A stretch of DNA of 64,000 nucleotides from Octopus vulgaris. Taxonomy: Eukaryota. Within the stretch, counting starts at the first letter, position 1, and every line of letters starts with the position of its first letter. A program made the translations under genes and the position numbers. A model generated the notes under the pieces. It worked only from the letters and a program-made list of their open reading frames with translations. It made no database searches and was not told where the DNA came from. The stretch lies in NCBI GenBank assembly GCA_951406725.2, contig OX597814.1, forward strand, positions 60,264,001 to 60,328,000. The letters run 5' to 3'. Below are positions 59,639 to 64,000 of the stretch, one piece after another.

Positions 59639-60017
59639 GATATACATTTGTTTTCAAAAAAGTTTGTTGAAATTTTGGTCTAGGCTTATTAACTTAATTC
59701 AAATTCATTTATATTAAATGTGAAATTATATTATTACTTTTTCATCGCTTTCAAAACAGGTTCTTTTTTAATTAATATTGTAAATTATTTTATAAAGTAA
59801 ATAAATCGTACCGTTAACTGATTTAAATTATAAGTTTAATTAAAACATTAATTTTGTTTCAATATAAAAAAAGTCTTTAAAAATCACAATAAAATAGATT
59901 AAACTACAAAAACCAACTTTTATTTAGTTTTTTGTTTGTGTATATCTCTTACAAACAAAAACCCATGTTTCAAATTGTGAAAACACGTTAGAATATTACC
60001 AATAAACACATATTTCA

Positions 60018-60245
60018 TTTATCTTTTACTTGTTTCAGGCATTAGACTGCGGCTATGGTGGGGCACTGCCTACAAGAATCTTAGTCGAACAAATCGCTCC
60101 CAATACTTATTCATATTTTTTAAACCTGGTACTTATTTTATCGTCTCTTTAGCCGAACCGCTATGTTACGGAGATATAAACACATCAACTCCGGTTGTGA
60201 AACGGTGGGGGGGGGAACAAACACAGATACAAAAATACAAACACA
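60018..60245 (-). mobile_element. SINE family B 3' part
   Basis: Reverse complement of 4530-4760. Confidence 0.75.
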
Positions 60246-60302
60246 TAAATACATAAATATATATATATACAAATATTTATGTGTGTGTATATATATATAC
60301 AC

Positions 60303-60371
<69 letters not shown>

Positions 60372-60390
60372 TACATACATACATACATGC

Positions 60391-60479
<89 letters not shown>

Positions 60480-60480
<1 letters not shown>

Positions 60481-61890
60481 AAATCAAAATAAGTTGCAGG
60501 ATATCAAGAAGTGATGCAGTACGACCGTTTCATGCGGTTCCATTTAATTACACAATGCAATCATTACATTAATTTAAATGCAAGGCACAAGTCAATAAAT
60601 AGAATTTTAATTAGTCGGACCCATTAATACAATTTTACTCAAATACCTTAACAGATCACGAAGATGGAAGAAGTCCACGTTGTCGCTATTGTAGCTAATA
60701 TATTACGCTTCCAAGAAATTCTATAAATTCTTATTAGTTTGTTTTCTTACTATGATATCCTTACCTATTAACCTCTTATCCCTATAAGTTGTTACTGTTC
60801 TTAAATAGAGATATACTTTCCAGTTACTTAAGTCTATGGGAGATGGTTATACTTTATCCATACAAACGTATGGATATAGTATAATTTGTGTATCTCTGCA
60901 TATGTGCAAATAGATAACTGTGTGTGTATCTGTACACAACATTATTTTTTCTGATTTTTTCTGATAGCATATTTGTCTTTCCAGTACACCATAAGTAAAT
61001 ACCCAGAGCAGTCTTTATAGAAACCACCTAATAATAAATAATTAAGTACATGAATGAATATTAAACTGATTCTATGTAATCTTTTCTTTTTAATGTTGAA
61101 AATTAATATATATACAGATTTTATCTATTTTAGTTATGATATCATTTTTGATAATCTTAAATTTTATCTGATTACAACATAATAATATTGTTTATAAACA
61201 ATCACCCATAGTACCCCATGATAAAATTTCCTCGGTACTAGCATCACAAGTATTATTAGCGTCTTACCCCTTTAACTGGTAATTAACATCATGATTTTGG
61301 GTCTTCCCCTACCCAGCCTCCTTTATAGACAGTTACTTTACACCCAGTTTACTACTCATAAAATCTTGACAATATTTATGGCAATACCTAGCCATGAACT
61401 GTCAACTCACTCTTGCCCTTCATTCTAAAGGGACACGTTCCTCAGATCTTAGATTTAGTAGTTGATAAATAGACTAATAAATTAAAAATGAACCACAATC
61501 CTTTACAAGCTATGACCCCAGTAAACTTCATGCATTTCTTGGAAGTGTAGTATATTCTTAGCTACAATAGCGACAACATAGATTTCGTCTATCTTCGTGC
61601 TCTGTTAAAATATTTGAGTAAAATTATATTAATGTGTCCGAATGATTAAATTTCTATATATTTATTTATTTATTTGTGCAGGTGATGATAGCCCTGCATT
61701 TAAATTGATGTACTGATTGCATTGTACAATTAAATGGGGCCGCTTGAAGACGGTCGTACTACATCACTTCTTGATATCCGGTTGCTTATTTTGATTTTGT
61801 TCACCTTACTTTGAGCTGTGCGGATAATACCGGCCTGACTTGGTACTTCAACTTAAGTACCTAATTCAAGTGAAACCCAATTAGTTCTTA
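60480..61890 (+). mobile_element. Decayed PLE with inverted terminal arms between (TA)n tracts
   Basis: Arms 60480-60586 and 61691-61798; weak RT remnant NNIVYKQ..ISSVLA near 61180-61245; HHR-like TGATGA..GAA(A)CGGTC-GTAC. Confidence 0.6.
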
Positions 61891-61930
61891 TATAATATAT
61901 ATATATATACATACATACATACGGCCACCC

Positions 61931-62037
<107 letters not shown>

Positions 62038-62069
62038 TGCGTGTGTGTATGTATGTATCCTTTATGAAA

Positions 62070-62758
62070 TTCACTTACAAGGCTATGGTCGGCCCGAGGC
62101 TATAGTAGAAGACACTTCCCCAAGGTGTCACGCTATGGGACTGAACCCGGAACCATGATTGGGAAACAATCATCTTACTACACATCCATACCTGCGCCTA
62201 TATCTAACTTCATTCGCCCAATTTTCATCCACACGAAACCAAAACTCTCACCTCAACACCAGCTATACACTGAAGAGAACTATCAATCTGATCGAACCTA
62301 GAGTTTTTATTAATGATTTTTGATGCTTACAATCAACTTCTCTTTGATTATTCACATCTTCGATGTTCGCTTGTTTATATATTCTTTTATTCTTTTACTT
62401 ATTTCAGTCATTTGTCTACGGCCATGCTGGAGCACCGTTTTTAATCGAACAAATCGACTCTAGGACTTATTTTTTGTAAGCCTAGAACTTATGCTATCGG
62501 TCTCTTTTACCGATCCGTTAACACAGACACACAAATACATACATGTGTGTGTGTGTGTGTTAGCGTGTGTATATTTATATACATATATATATATACGATG
62601 TGCTTCTTTCAGTTTCCGTCTACCAAATCCACTCGGAGGTCTTTGGTCGGCCCGAACCTATAGTAGAAGACACTTGCCCAAGGTGTCATGTAGTTGGACT
62701 GAACTCGGAATCATGTGGTTGGGAAGCAAGCTTCGTACTACATAGCCACTACTGCGCT
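62070..62758 (-). mobile_element. SINE family B copies (62070-62200 head; 62380-62758 near full length)
   Basis: GGTCGGCCCGA..TATAGTAGAAGACACTTGCCCAAGG..GACTGAAC. Confidence 0.8.
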
Positions 62759-62783
62759 TGTATGTCAAGACTTGTATGTCTAG

Positions 62784-63085
62784 ACTAGCAGAAATACCCG
62801 CCGTTGCCCGGATTAACGAAAATAATGAAATTTTAAAATACCTTTTAGATTTCTGACGAACATGAATCATAGACTACGCAGGTCTCACCTATTAGTAGCT
62901 GAGATACCAACTTTAAGCGTTAATAACCCGGCGTTTCCCAGGTTATTGAAAATAATGAAATTTAAGTATGCCTTTTAAATCTCTCACTAAAATAAAACAT
63001 GGATTATGCGGTTCTCAACAGCTATTAGCTGAGGTACCAAATGTATATGTCAATAACATGTTTTGTCCGATGTTTTCACGGTTAA
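62784..63085 (+). mobile_element. Helitron-like 5' end with ~130 bp tandem subrepeat
   Basis: ACTAGCAG..CCCG start as at 18727; GAAAATAATGAAATT..TAGCTGAG.TACCAA repeated twice. Confidence 0.5.
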
Positions 63086-64000
63086 AATTGTTTTTAAAAA
63101 GCTGGTAGTTCTTTGTCTTTGCAATCACTTTCAACTGTCAGTACTTATTTGAAACACGTTGAATCTGAAAACGCATAAATTTGAGAAGAACTACTCTCCT
63201 GGTGCTCCTCTCCTGTTAATAAATACATTTAACAAAAATTCTACCAGATGACGAGAGTATAAACAAACGTATTGAAACAAATCAGGAAATCAATCATAGT
63301 TTAATTATCTACAGCTTCTAAATATACAATATTTTAAGAGAGTCCTTTAATTGGTGTATACAGGAACATCCAACTCGTGAACATCCTACATATAATTGCC
63401 TATAAGAGAAACAAGGTGAAGTCCAACAACCTTGAGAGACTGGTCTTGAGATTTGTTTATTGACATAGTGAAACATAGTTTCACTGGGAACCGGAACCGT
63501 TTAAATTCAAAGGAGAGGTCAAATGGCATTAACGGGATCCATGAAGTGAATTGTTACCTCTAGGACATGGTGCTGGTATTGGTAGTAATGGTATTAGTAG
63601 TATTTGTAGTATTAGTATTTCAGTTGTTGTGGTGATAGTAGTAAAGTAGAAGTGGTAGTGATTAGCAGTGATTGTAGTCGTTGTGGTGGTAGTAATTATA
63701 TATCAAGCAGACCTGTTGACATTGGAAAATCTTTACAGAAATGAACCTGTAAGTACAAATACACAAATGGGAAGCTGGAGAATATAAAAAAATGAAATTA
63801 TTTTTTTATCGGAAACCATCACAACTGTAATGATGTATACATCCATGTGTGTGTGTAAATAGCTGGTTACTTAGTTACTACATCAGAACGCCAGACACCG
63901 GAAGCTGACACGTTGACAAAACGGTTTGAAGAAGTAAATCTTTATTATATGTATAAAGCAATGTTATTTATTTTTAATAAAAAAAAAACAAATCAAGTAT

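Overview
AT-rich, microsatellite-saturated eukaryotic DNA, most likely an octopod cephalopod (inferred from the SINE families and repeat landscape, not verified). I see no convincing host protein-coding exon; nearly all ORFs in the track are microsatellite read-throughs. Contents: (i) at least four R4/Dong-type (RLE) LINE copies, including a well-preserved 5'-truncated one at 13290-15407 inside (TAA)n; (ii) many Penelope-like element (PLE) remnants; (iii) mariner fragments, hAT/mariner MITEs, Helitron-like non-autonomous elements, a decayed I/Jockey-group LINE, and two abundant tRNA-derived SINE families; (iv) a ~5 kb near-identical duplication around a 100-N gap that looks like a haplotype/assembly artefact. 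The most notable signal is a dense set of type-I hammerhead ribozyme (HHR) motifs from several unrelated families. Most lie in short elements bounded by inverted repeats next to (TA)n. One family joins a tRNA-like Pol III A/B-box module, a (TAA)n tract and an HHR in one ~400 nt unit. Several motifs carry non-canonical cores. All structures were read by eye; none were computed or searched.
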